A stretch of DNA of 64,000 nucleotides from the human T2T-CHM13v2.0 reference genome, Homo sapiens. Shown one piece after another: positions 46,801 to 60,300 of this stretch. The DNA lies in NCBI RefSeq assembly GCF_009914755.1, contig NC_060926.1. The stretch is one strand, 5' to 3'. The translations under genes were made by a program, and so were the position numbers. The notes beneath the pieces are model-generated. The model searched no databases and was not told the DNA's origin. It worked only from the letters and a program-made list of their open reading frames with translations. Position 1 is the stretch's first letter; every line of letters starts with the position of its first letter.

Positions 46801-49800
46801 CAATAGAATCATCGAATGAAATCAAATGGAATCATCATCGAATGGAAACGAATGGAATCATCATCAAATGGAATCGAAAAGAATCATCATCGAATGGACT
46901 CGAATGGAATCATCATTGAATGGAATCGAATGGAATCTTCGAATGGACTCGTATGAAATCATCATTGAATGGATATGAATGGATTCATCATCGAATGGAA
47001 TGGAATGGAATCCCCGAATGGAATAGAATTGAATCATCATCAAATGGAATGGAATAGAATCATCGAATGAAATCATATAGAATCATCATCGAATGGAATC
47101 CAATTGAATCATCACTGAATGGAATCAAATGGAATCACCATCAAATGGAATCGAACAGAATCATCATCGAATGGAATTGAATGGAATCATCAAATGGACT
47201 CGAATGGAATCATTGGAGAAATGAATCAAATGGAATTATCGAGTGGACTCGAATGGAATCAACTTTGAATGGAATAGAAGGGAATCATCAAATTGAATTG
47301 AATGCAATCATCATGGAATGGAAACAAATGGAAGCATCTTCGACTGGAATTGAATGAAATCATCGAGTGGACTCGAATGGAATCATCAGAGAAAGGAAGA
47401 GAATGGAATTATCGAATGGACTCGAATGGAATCATCGAATGGACTCGAATGGAGTCAACTTTCAATGGAATCAAAAGGAATCATAGAATGGACTCGAATG
47501 CAATCATCGAATAGACTCGAATGCAATCATCATCAAATGGAATCAAATGGAAACATCATCAAATGGAATCGAATGAAACCATCATCGAATGGAATCGAAT
47601 GCAATCATCATTGAACGGAATCAAATGGAAACATCATCGAATGGAATCGAATGAAACCATCATCGAATGGAATCGAAAGGAATAGTCAATGAATGGAATC
47701 AAATGGAAACCTAGAATGCAATCCAATGGAATCATCATCAAATGTAACCGAATGGAATCATCGAATGGACTCTAATGGAATCACCATCGAATGGAATCAA
47801 ATGGAATCATCGAATGGACTCGAATGGAATCATCATTTAATGGAATTAAATGGAATCATTGAGTGGAATCAAATGGAACCATCATCAAATGGAATCAAAT
47901 AGAATTATCAAATGGAATCTAATGGAATCATCGAATGGATTCGAATGGAATCATCATTGAATGGAAACGAATGGAATCATCGAATGGAATTGAATGGAAT
48001 CATCATCGAATGAAATTGAATGGAAACATCGAATGGACTCGAATGCAATCATCATCAAATGGGATCGAATGCAATCATTGAATGGACTCGAATGGAATCA
48101 TCATCGAATGGAATAGAATGGAATCCTCGAATGGAATCGAATGGAATCAGCGAATAGCATCGAATGGAATCATTATTGAATGGAATAGAATGGAATCCTC
48201 TAATGGAATCGAATGGAATCAGCGAATGGCATCGAATGGAATCATCATCAAATGGAATCATCGATGGAATCGAATGGAATCATCATCAAATGAAATCGAA
48301 TGGCATCATCGAATGTCATTGAATGGAATCATCATCCAATGGAATAAAATGGAATCATCTAACAGACTCATATGAAATCATGATTGAATGGAATCGAGTG
48401 GAATCATTGAATGGACACGAATGGAATCATCATAGAATGGAATCCAATGGTATAATCGAATGCACTTGAATGGAATCATCAAAGAATGGTATTGAATGGT
48501 ATCATCCAATGTAATCGAATGGAATCATCTTCAATTGGAATGGAAATGTATCACTGAATGGATTCTAAAGGAATAATCATCAATACGAATCGAATGGAAT
48601 CATTGAATGGAATCGAATATAATCATCATCGAATGGAATCGAATGGAATCATCATCGAATGGAATCAAAAAGAATCATCATCAAATGGAATCGAATGGAA
48701 TCATCATCGAATGGAATCGAATAGAATCATCATCGAATAGAATCAAAAAGAATCATCATCAAATGGAATCGAATGGAATCATCATCGAATGGAATCCAAA
48801 GGAATCATCATCGAATAGAATTGAATGGAATAATAATCGAATGGAACCAAAAGGAGACATCATCGAATGGAATCGCATGGAATCATCATCGAATGGAATC
48901 CAATGGTATAATCGAATGCACTCAAATGGAATCATCAAAGAATGGTATCGAATGGTATCATCGAATGTAATCGAATGGAATTATCTTCAATTGGAATGGA
49001 AATTTATCACTGAATGGATTCTAATGGAATAATCATCGATACGAATCAAAAGGAATCATCGAATGGAATCGAATATAATCATCATCGAATGGAATCGAAT
49101 GGAATCATCAAATGGACTGGAATGGAATCATCATCGTATGGAATCAAAAGGAATCATCAAATGGAATCAAATATAATCATCATCGAATAGAATCAAATGG
49201 AATCATCATCGAATGGAATCGAAAAGAATCAACATCAAATGGAGTCGAAAGGAACCATCATTGAATGGAATCCACAGGAAACATCATCGAATGGAACCGA
49301 ATGGAATCATCATCGAATGGACGTGAAAGGAGTCATCATCGAATGGAATCACTTGGAAACATCATCGAATGGAATCAAATGGAACCATCATCAAATGGAA
49401 TCTAATAGAATCATCGAATGGAATTGAATGGAATCATCATCGAATGAATTGAATGGAATCGTCGAATGGTCTTGAATGGAATCATCATCAAATGGAATTA
49501 AATGCAATTATCGAATGGATTCGAATAGAATCATCGAATGGACTCGAATGTACTCATCGAATGCAATGGAATGGAATAATCAAGGAACACGAATGGAATC
49601 ATCATTGAATTGAATCGAATGGAATCATCGGATGGAATTGAATGGAATACTCATCAAATGGAATTGAATGGAATCATCATCAAATAGAATTGGATGAAAT
49701 CATCATCGAATGGAATAGAGTGAAATCATCATCTAATGGAACGAATTGTAATCATCAAATTTAATCTAATGGAATCACCATTAAATGGACTCGAATGGAA

Positions 49801-52800
49801 TCATCATTGAATAGAATCGAAAGGAATCATCGAATGGGCTTGAATGGAATCATCATCCAATGCAATCAAATGGAAACGAATGGAATCATCATCAAATGTA
49901 ATCAAATGGAATCATCAAATGGAATCGAATGGAATCATCATCGAATGGACTCGAATGGAATCATCATCAAATGGAATGGAATGGAATCATTGAATGGACT
50001 CCAATGGAATCATCATCAAATGGTTTCGAATGGAATCATTGAATGGAATCGAATGGAATCATCATTGAATGGAATCAAAAGGAATCATCGAATTGCATCG
50101 AATGGAATCATCATCGAATAGAATCAAATGGAATCATGTAATGGACACGAATGAATCATTATTGAATGGAGTCGAATGGAGTCATTGAATGCAATCAAAT
50201 GGAATCATGATCAAATGGAGAAAATGGAATCATTACCGAATGGAATCGAATGGAATCATCATCGAATTGAATCAAATGGAATCATCATTGAAAGTAATCT
50301 AGTGGCATCATCATCTAATGGTATCTAATGGAATCATCAATGAATGGAATCGAATGCAGTCATCAAAAGGAATCCGCTGGAATCATCATTGAATGGAACC
50401 GAATGCAGTCATCATTGAATGGAATCGAATGCCATCATCGAATGGACTCGAATGGAATTATCATCGAATGGAATCGAATGTAATCATCGAATGGAATCGA
50501 ATGGAATCATCATTGATTGCATTCTAATGTAATCATCTTCAAATGGAATCGAATGGAATCATCATCGAATTTTATCTAATATAATCATCATCTAATGAAA
50601 TCGAATGGAATGATCAATGAATTGACTCAAATGGAATGATTGAATGGACTCCAATGGAATCATTGAATGGAAACGAATGGAATCACCAATTGGACTCAAA
50701 TGGAATTATCGAATAGGCTCACATGGAATCATTGAATGGACTCGAATGAAATCATTATCGAATGGAATCGAATGGAATTATCAAATGGAATCGAATGGCA
50801 TCACTGAATGGAATCAATCGGAATCACCATTGAATTGAATCGAATGGAATCATCGAATGAAATCGAATGGAATCATCATTGAATGGAGTCGAATGGAGTC
50901 ATCAACGAATGGAATCGAATGGAATCATCGAATGGAATACAATGGAATCATCATCAAGTGACATCGAATGGAATCATCGAATGAACTCTAATGGAATCAT
51001 CATCACATGGACTCGAATGGAATCACCATCAAATGGAATCGAATGGTGTCATCGAAAGTACTCAAATGGAATCATCAAATGGACTCGAATGGAATAATCG
51101 AATGGAATTGAATGGAATCATCATTGAATAGAATCTTATGGAATCATTGAATGGACTCGAATGGAATCATCATCGAATGAAATCAAATGTAAACATTGAA
51201 TGGAATCGAATGGAATCATCATCAAATGGAATCCAAAGGAATCATTGAATGGAATCAAATGGAATCATCAATGAATGGAATCGAATGGAATCATTGAATG
51301 GCATCAAATGGAACCATCATCAAAAGGAATCAAATGTAATCATCTAATGTACTTGAATGGAATCATCATCGAATGAAATCAAATGGAATCCTCGAATGTA
51401 CATGAATGGAATCATCATTGAATGGAATCGAATTGTATCATCATCGAATGGAATTGAATGGAATCACCAAATGTACACGAATGGAATCATCATTGAATGG
51501 AATCGAATTGTATCATCGTCGAATGGAATCGAATGGAATCATCAAATGAAATAGAATGGAGTCATAATCGAATGGAATCGAATGTAATCATCGAATGGCA
51601 TCAAATGGAATCATCGAATGGAATAGAATGGAATCATCATCGAATGGAAACAAGTAGAATCACCAAATGAAATCGAATGGAATCATCATCGAGTGGGGTC
51701 AAATGGAATCATCATTGATTGGAATCTAATGGAATCATCAATGAATGGAATTGAATGGAACCATCATCGAATGGAATTGAATGGAATCAACAATGAATGG
51801 AATCAAATGGAATTATCGAATGGAATCCAAAGGAATCATCATCAAATGGAAGCGAATGGAATCATCGAATGGCATCGAATGGAATCATCATCAAATGGAA
51901 TCGAATGGAATCATCAAATGGAATCGGATGGAATCATTGTCTAATGCAATCGAATGAAATCATAGAATGGAATCCCATGGAATCAACATCGAATGGAATC
52001 GATTGGAATCATTATCAAATAGAATTCAATGGAATCACTGAATGGAATCATCATCAAATGGACTCCAACGGAATCATCGAATTGACTCTAATGGAATCAT
52101 CACTGAATGGAATAGAATGGAATAATCAAATGGAAACGAATGGAATCATCATCAAATGGAATCGAATGGTATCATCAAATGCACTTGAATGGACTCATCA
52201 ATGAATGGAATCGAATGGTATAATCGAATGGAATCAAATGGAATCATCTTCGAGTGGAACCTAAAGGAATCGCCAAATGGACTCCAATGGAATAATCATC
52301 GTATGGAATCGAGTGGAATCATCGAATGGAATCGAATGGAATCATCGAATGGAATCGAATGGAATCATCGTCGAACGGAAAAGAATGGAATCATCAAGTG
52401 GACACGAATGGAATCAACATCTAATGGAATGGAATGGAATAATCAAATGGATGGAATCGAATGGAATCAAATGGAATCGAGTGGAATCGAATGGAATCAT
52501 CATCGAATGGGATCCAAAGGGATCACTGAATTGAATGGAATGATCATTGAATGGAATTGAAGGGAATCATTGAATGGGGTGGAAAGGAATCATTGAATGG
52601 AATCCAATGGAATCATCAAAAGGATTCGAAAGGAATCATCATCAAATGGAATCGAATGGAATCATCAAATGGACTCGAATGGAATCATCATCGAATGGAA
52701 TCGAATGGAAACATCGAATTGACATGAATGAAATCATCATTGAATGGAATCGAACGGTATCGAATGGACTCGAATGGAAACATCATGCTGTGGAATCAGA

Positions 52801-54388
52801 TGGAACCATCGATTGGCATCGAATTGAATCATCAGTGAATGTAATCTAAGGGAACAATCGAATGGAACTGAATGGAATCATCAAATGGACTCGAGTGGAA
52901 TCATCATCGAATGGAATCGAATGGAAACATCGAATGGACACGAATGGAATCATCTTTGAATGGAATCGAATGGAATCATCGAATGGACTCGAAAGGAATC
53001 ATCATCAAATGGAATCGAATGGAATCAACATCAAATGGAATCAAAAGGAATCATTGAATGGAATCAAATGGAATCATCATCGAATGGAATGGAATGGAAT
53101 CATTGAATGGACACTAAAGGAATCATCACCGAATGGAATTGAATGGAATCTTCGAATGGACTCGATTGAAATCATCATCAAATGCAGTCGAATGGAATCA
53201 TCATCAAATGGAATCGAATGGAATCATCATCGAATGGAATCGAATGGAATCATTGAGTGTACTCGAATGGAATCATCATCAGATGAAATCGAATGGAATC
53301 ATCGAATGGCATCAAATAGAATCATCAATGAATGGAATCTAAGGGAATAATTGAATGGAATCAAAAGGAATCATCAAATAGACTCGAGTGGAAGCATCAT
53401 CGAATGGAATCGAATGGAATCATCAAATGGACTCAAATGGAATCATCATCGAATGGAATTGAATGGGATCATCGAAGGGACTCGAATGGAATCATCATCG
53501 AATGGAATCGAATGGGATCATCGAATGGACTCGAATGGAATCATCATTGAATGGCATCGAATGTAATCTTTGAATGCACTCGAATGGAATCATCATTGAA
53601 TACAATCGAATGGAATCATCATCAAATGGAATCGAATGGAGTCCTCATCAAATGGAATCGAATAGAAGCATCCAGTGTAATAGAATTGAATCATCATCAA
53701 ATGGAATCGAATAGAATTATTGAATGGAATCGAATGGAATCATCAACGAATGGAATCGAATGGAGAAATTGAATGGAATCCATTGTAATCATCATCGAAT
53801 TGAACCCAATGGAATCATCAAATGGACTCGAATGGAATCATCGAATGCAATCGAATGGAATCATCATCAAATGGAATCGAATGGAATCATCAAATGTACT
53901 CGAATGGAATCACCATCGAATGGAATCTAATGGAATCGTCTAATAGACACTAATGGAATCATCATCAAATGGAATCGAATTGAATCATCAAATGGACTAG
54001 AATGGAATCATCATCGAATATTACTGAAAACAATCATCAAATGGATTCGAATGGAATCATCAAAAGGACTCAAATGGAGTCATCAAATGGACTCAAATGG
54101 AATCATCATAGAATGCAATGAAATGGAATCATCGAATGGACTCGAATGGAATGGTCATCGAATGGAATCGAATGGAAATATCAAATGGAATCATCATCGA
54201 ATAGAATTGAATGCAATCATCGAATGGACTCAAATGGAATCATCATCAAATGGAATCGAATGGAATCATTGAATAGAATCGAATGTATTTGTCATCGAAT
54301 GAAATCGCATTGAATTATTGAGTGGACACGAATGGAATCATCATCGAATGGAATATAATGGAATCATTGAATGGACTCCAATGGAGTC
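34889..54388 (+). repeat. Satellite II (HSat2/HSATII) array, GAATG-strand orientation, diverged
   Basis: Continuous 23/26-bp monomers CGAATGGAATCGAATGGAATCAT(CAT) with GGACTCG variants. Confidence 0.97.
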
Positions 54389-54390
54389 CG

Positions 54391-57300
54391 TCTATTCCAT
54401 TCAATGATGATTCCATTCGGATCCATTTGATGATTCCAATGGATTCCATTCGATGATGATTCAATTCTATTCCATTCAATGATGATTCCATTCAGGTCCA
54501 TTAGATGACTCCATTTGATTCCATTCGACGATGTCTGCTTTTGGTTCTATTTGATGATGATTCCATTCGGTTCCACTCGATGATGATTCTTTGGATTCCA
54601 TTCGATGATGATTCCGTTCGATTCCATTTGATGATGATTCTTTTCGATTCCATTCTATGATGATTCCATTCAATTCCTTTTGATGATGATTCCATTCGAT
54701 TCCATTCGATGATTTTTCCATTCGATTCCATTCGATGATGATTCCATTCGATTTCATTCGATGATTCTATTCGATTCCATTTGATGATGATTCAATTCTA
54801 TTCCATTGGATGATTCCATTTGATTCCATTTGATGATGATTACATTCAATTCCATTCGATGATGATTCCATGTGATTCCATTCGATGATGTCTCCTTTTG
54901 GTTCCATTCGATGATGATTCCATTCGGTTCCATTTTATGATGATTCCTTTGGATTCCATTCGATGATGATTCCATTCGATTTCATTTGATGATTATTATT
55001 TTCGATTCCATTCGATGATGATTCCATTCGATTCCATTCGATGATGATTCCATTCAATTCCATTCGATGATTCCATTCGATTCAATTCAATGATGATTCC
55101 ATTTGTCTTCATTTATTATTCCATTCAATTCCTTTTGATGATTACGTTCGAGTCCATTCAATGATTCTATTCGATTCCATTCGATAATTCCATTCGATTC
55201 CATTTGATGATGATTCCATTTGAGACCATTCGATGATTCAATTCAATTCATTCGATGATGATTCCATTCAATTCAATTCGATGATTCCATTTGATTCCAT
55301 TTGATGATGATTCCATTCGATTCCATTCGATGATAATTAAATGCGAATCCATTCTATGATGATTGCATTCGTGTCCATTCGATGACTGCATTCAAGTCCA
55401 TTCGATGATTCCTTTCGATTCCATTCAAAGTTGATTCCATTCTAGTCCATTTGATAATTTCATTTGATTCCATTCTCCGATGATTCCACTCGAGTCCATT
55501 CGATGATTTCATTCAATTCCAGCTGAAGATGATTCCATTCGATTCCATTCCATGATGATTGCATTCGATTCCATTTGATGATTCCCTTCTATTCCATTCA
55601 AAGTTGATTCCATTCGAGTCCATTCGATAATTCCATTCTATTCCTTTCTCCGATGATTCCATTCGAGTCCATTCGATGATTCCATTCAATTCCAGTCGAT
55701 GATGATTCCATTCGATTCCATTCAATGATGATTCCATTTGTGTCCATTCAATGATTATTCCATTGGATTCCATTTACTGCTTCCATTAGATTCCATTCGA
55801 TGATGATTGCATTCGTGTCCATACGATGATTCCATTTGAGTCCATTCGACGATTCCATTTGATTCCATTAGATGATGACTGCATTTGGTTCCATTCGATG
55901 ATGATTCCAACGGATTGCATTTGGTGACTCCATTCGATTCCATTCATTGATGATTCCACTCGATTCCATTAGATGATGATTCCATTCGATTCCATTCAAT
56001 GATGATTCCATTTGAGTCCATTCGGTGATTCAATTCAATTCCATTCGAAGATTTCTTTCGATTCCACTCAATGTTGGTTCCATATGAGTATATTCGATGA
56101 TTACTTTCAAGTGCATTCCATGATTCCTTTCAATTGCATCTGGTGATGTTTCCATTCGAGTCCATTCGATGATTCCATTTGATTTCATTCGATGATGATT
56201 CCATTTGATTCCTTTCGATGATTCCATTTGACTCCATTTGGTGATGATTCCATTCGAGTGCATTCGATGATTCCATTCGAGTCCTTTTGATATTCCATTT
56301 TTCTATTTGATGATGAATCCATTGGATTCCATTTGTTGATGATTCCATTCGATTCCATTCGATAATGATTCCATTCAATTGCATTCAATGATAATTCCAT
56401 TTGATTCCATTCGATGATGAATCCATTCGATTTCATTCGATGATTCTATTCGATTCCATTCGATGATGATTCAATTCTACTTCATTCGATGATTCCATTC
56501 GATTCCATTAGATGATGATTCCATTGGAATCCATTCTATGATGACTCCAGTTGATTGCATTTGATGATTATTCCATTCGTGTCCATTCGATGATTCCATT
56601 CGATTCCATTCGATGACGATTCCATTTGAGTCCATTCGATGATTCCATTCGATTCAATTCAATGATGATTCCATTCGTCTTCATTTATTATTCAATTCCA
56701 TTCCTTTTGTTAATTGCATTCGAGTCCATTCAATGATTCTATTTGATTCCATTTGATAATTCCATTCGATTCCATTCGATGATGATTGCATTTGATTCCA
56801 TTCTATGATTCCCTTTGATTCCATTCAAAGTTGATACCATTCGAGTCCATTTGATAATTCCATTCGACTCCATTCTCCAATGATTCCACTCGAGTCCATT
56901 CAATTGTTCCATTCAATTCCAGTCGATGATGATTCCACTCGATTCCATTCGATGATTCCATCGGATTCCATTTGATGATGATTCCACTGGAGTCCATTCG
57001 ATGATGATTCCATTCGTGTCCATTCATGTCAATTCAATGATTCCATTCAAGTCAATTCTATGATTCCATTCAAGTCCATTCAAAGATTCCATTTGATTCC
57101 ATTCGTTGATGATTCCATTCGAGTCCATTCAATGATTCCATTCAATTCCATTCTACGATAATTCCATTCGAGTCCCTTCGATGATTCTGTTCGTTTCCAT
57201 TCGATGATGATTCTATTCGAGTCCATTCGATGATTGCATTCAAGTCCGTTTGATGATTCCATTCGATTCCATTCGATGATGACTGCATTCGGTTCCATTC

Positions 57301-60300
57301 GATGACGAATACAACAGATTCCTTTCAATGACTCCATTCAATTCCATTCATTGATGATTCCATTTGATTCCATTGGATGATGATACCATTAGATTCCATT
57401 CGATGATGATTCCATTTGATTCCATTGGATGATGATACCATTAGATTCCATTCGATGATGATTCCATTTGATTCCATTCGATGATGATTCCATTTGATTC
57501 CATTCGATGATGATTCCATTCGATTCCTTTCAATGACGATTCCATTAGATTCCATTCAATGATTCCATTTGATTCCATTCGTTGATGATTCCATTCGGGT
57601 CCATTCAATGATTCAATTCGATTCCATTCAATAATTATTCCATTCGAGTCTATTAGATGTTTCCATTCAAGTCCATTCGATGATTCCTTTGGATTCCACT
57701 CGATGTTGATTCAATTTGAGTCCATTAGATGATTCCATTCGAGTGCATTCCATGATTCTATTGGATTATATTTGATGATGATTCCATTTAAGTCCATTCG
57801 ATGATTCCATTTGATTTCATTCGATGATGATTCCATTCTATTCCATTCGATGATTCCGTTCAAGTCCATTTGATGATTCCATTTGTTTCCCTTTGATGAT
57901 GATTCCATTGGATTCCATTCATTGATGATTCCATTCGATTCCATTCAGTGATGATTCCATTCAATGTCATTCGATGATGATTTCATTCAATTCCATTCGA
58001 TGGTGATTCCATTGGATTTCATTCTTTGTTTCTATTCGATTCCATTTGATGATGATTCCATTTGATTTCATTCGATGTTTCTATTCGATTCCATTCGATG
58101 ATGATTCAATTCTATTTTATTTGACGATTCCTTTTGATTCCATTCAATGATGATTCCATTCAATTCCATTTGATGATGATTCCATTCGATTGCATTCGAT
58201 GGTGATTCCTTTCTAGTCCATTCAAATATTCCATTCTATTCCATTCGATGATGATTCCATTCGAGTCCATTCGATGATTCCATTCGATTCCATTCGATGA
58301 TGATTCCTTTCATCTCCTTTCGATGATTCCATTCCATTCAACTCCATGAAGATTCCATTCGACTTCATTCAATGATTCAATTTGATTCCACTCGATGATG
58401 ACTCCATTGGAGTCCATTCAATGATTCTATTTTATTCCATTCGATGATGATTCTGCTCAAGTCAGTTTGATGATGATTCCATTCGATTTCATTTGATGAT
58501 TCTATTTTATTCCATTTGATGATGATTCCATCTGATTCCATTTGATAATTCCATTCGATTCCATTCGATGATGATTCCATTCGTTTCCATCTGATGATGA
58601 TTCCATTCGATTCCATTTGATGATTATTCCATTTGAGTCCATTCAATGATTCCATTCGATACCATTCAATGATGATTACATTCGAGTCCATTCGATGGTT
58701 CCATTTGAGTCCATTTGATGATTCCATTAGAGTCCATTCAATGAAGATTCCATTCGATGATTCCATTTCATTCCATTAGGTGATGATTTCATTCGAGTCC
58801 ATTCGATGATTCCATTCGATTCCATTTGATGATGATTCCATTTGAGTACATTGATTATTCCATTCCATTCCATTTGAGGATTCCATTTGAGTCCATTCGA
58901 TGATTCTATTTGATTCCATTTGATAATTCTGTTCGATTCCATTTGATGTTGACTCCATTCGAGTCCATTTGATGATTATTCCATTTGATTCTATTCCATG
59001 ATTCCATTTGGTTCCATTTGATGATGATTCCACTCGAGATCATTCGATGATTCCATTCAATTCATTCGATGATGATTACATTTAATTCCATTAGATGATT
59101 CCATTAGATTCCATTTGATGATGATTCCATTCAATTCCTTTCGATGATGATTCCATGCGATTCCATTCGATGATGACTCCTTTTGGTTCCATTCAATGAT
59201 GATTCCTTTGGATTCTCTTCGAATATGCTTCCATTTGATTCCATTGGATGATGATTCTGTTCGATTTCATTCGATGATGATGACATTCGATTCCATTTGA
59301 TGATAATTCCATTTGATTCCATTCAACAATGATTCCATTCGAATTCATTGATTTTTCCATTCCATTCCGTTCGATGATTCCATTGGAGTCCATTAGATGA
59401 TACTATTCGATTCCATTTGATAATTCCTTTTGATTCCATTTGATGATGATTACATTCGGGTCCATTCAATTATTATTCCATTCGATTCTATTCGGTGACT
59501 TCTTTTGATTCCATTTGATAATGATTCCATTCGAGATGATTCGATGATTTCATTCAATTCATTTGATGATGATTCCATTCAATTCCATTCAATGATTCCA
59601 TTAGATTCCATTTGATGATGATTCCATTCGATTCCATTCGATGATGTTTCCATGTGATTCCATTCGATGATGACTCCTTTCATTTCCATTCAATGATGAT
59701 TCCATTCGGTTCCATTCAATGCTGTTTCCTTTGGATTCCATTCGATGATGATTCCATTCTACTCCATTTGGTTATGATTCTTTTCATTTCCATTCGATGG
59801 TGATTCCATTTGATTCCTTTTGATGATGATTCAATTCAATTCAATTCAATGATTCCATTTGATTCCATACGATGATGATTCCATTCGAGTCCATTCGATG
59901 TTTCCATTTGATTCCATTTGATGATTTTTCCATTCGATTCGATTCGATGATTCCATTCGATTCCTTTCAATGATTATTCCATTCAAGTCCATTCGGTGAT
60001 TCCTTTCGATGCCAATTGAAGATGATTCCATTCGATTCCATTCGATGATACCATTCGAAACCATTTGTTGAGGATTCACTTCAAGTGCATCCAATGATAC
60101 CATTCGATTCTATTTGATGATGATTCCATTTGAGTCCATTCAATGATTCCATTCGATTCCATTTGATGATGATTCCATTCAAGTCCATTTGATGATTCCG
60201 TTTGATTCCATTCTCTGATGATTCCATTCGAGTCCATTCGATGATTCCATTCGAATCCAAACTATGATGTTTTTTTGATTCCATTCAATGATTCCATTCT

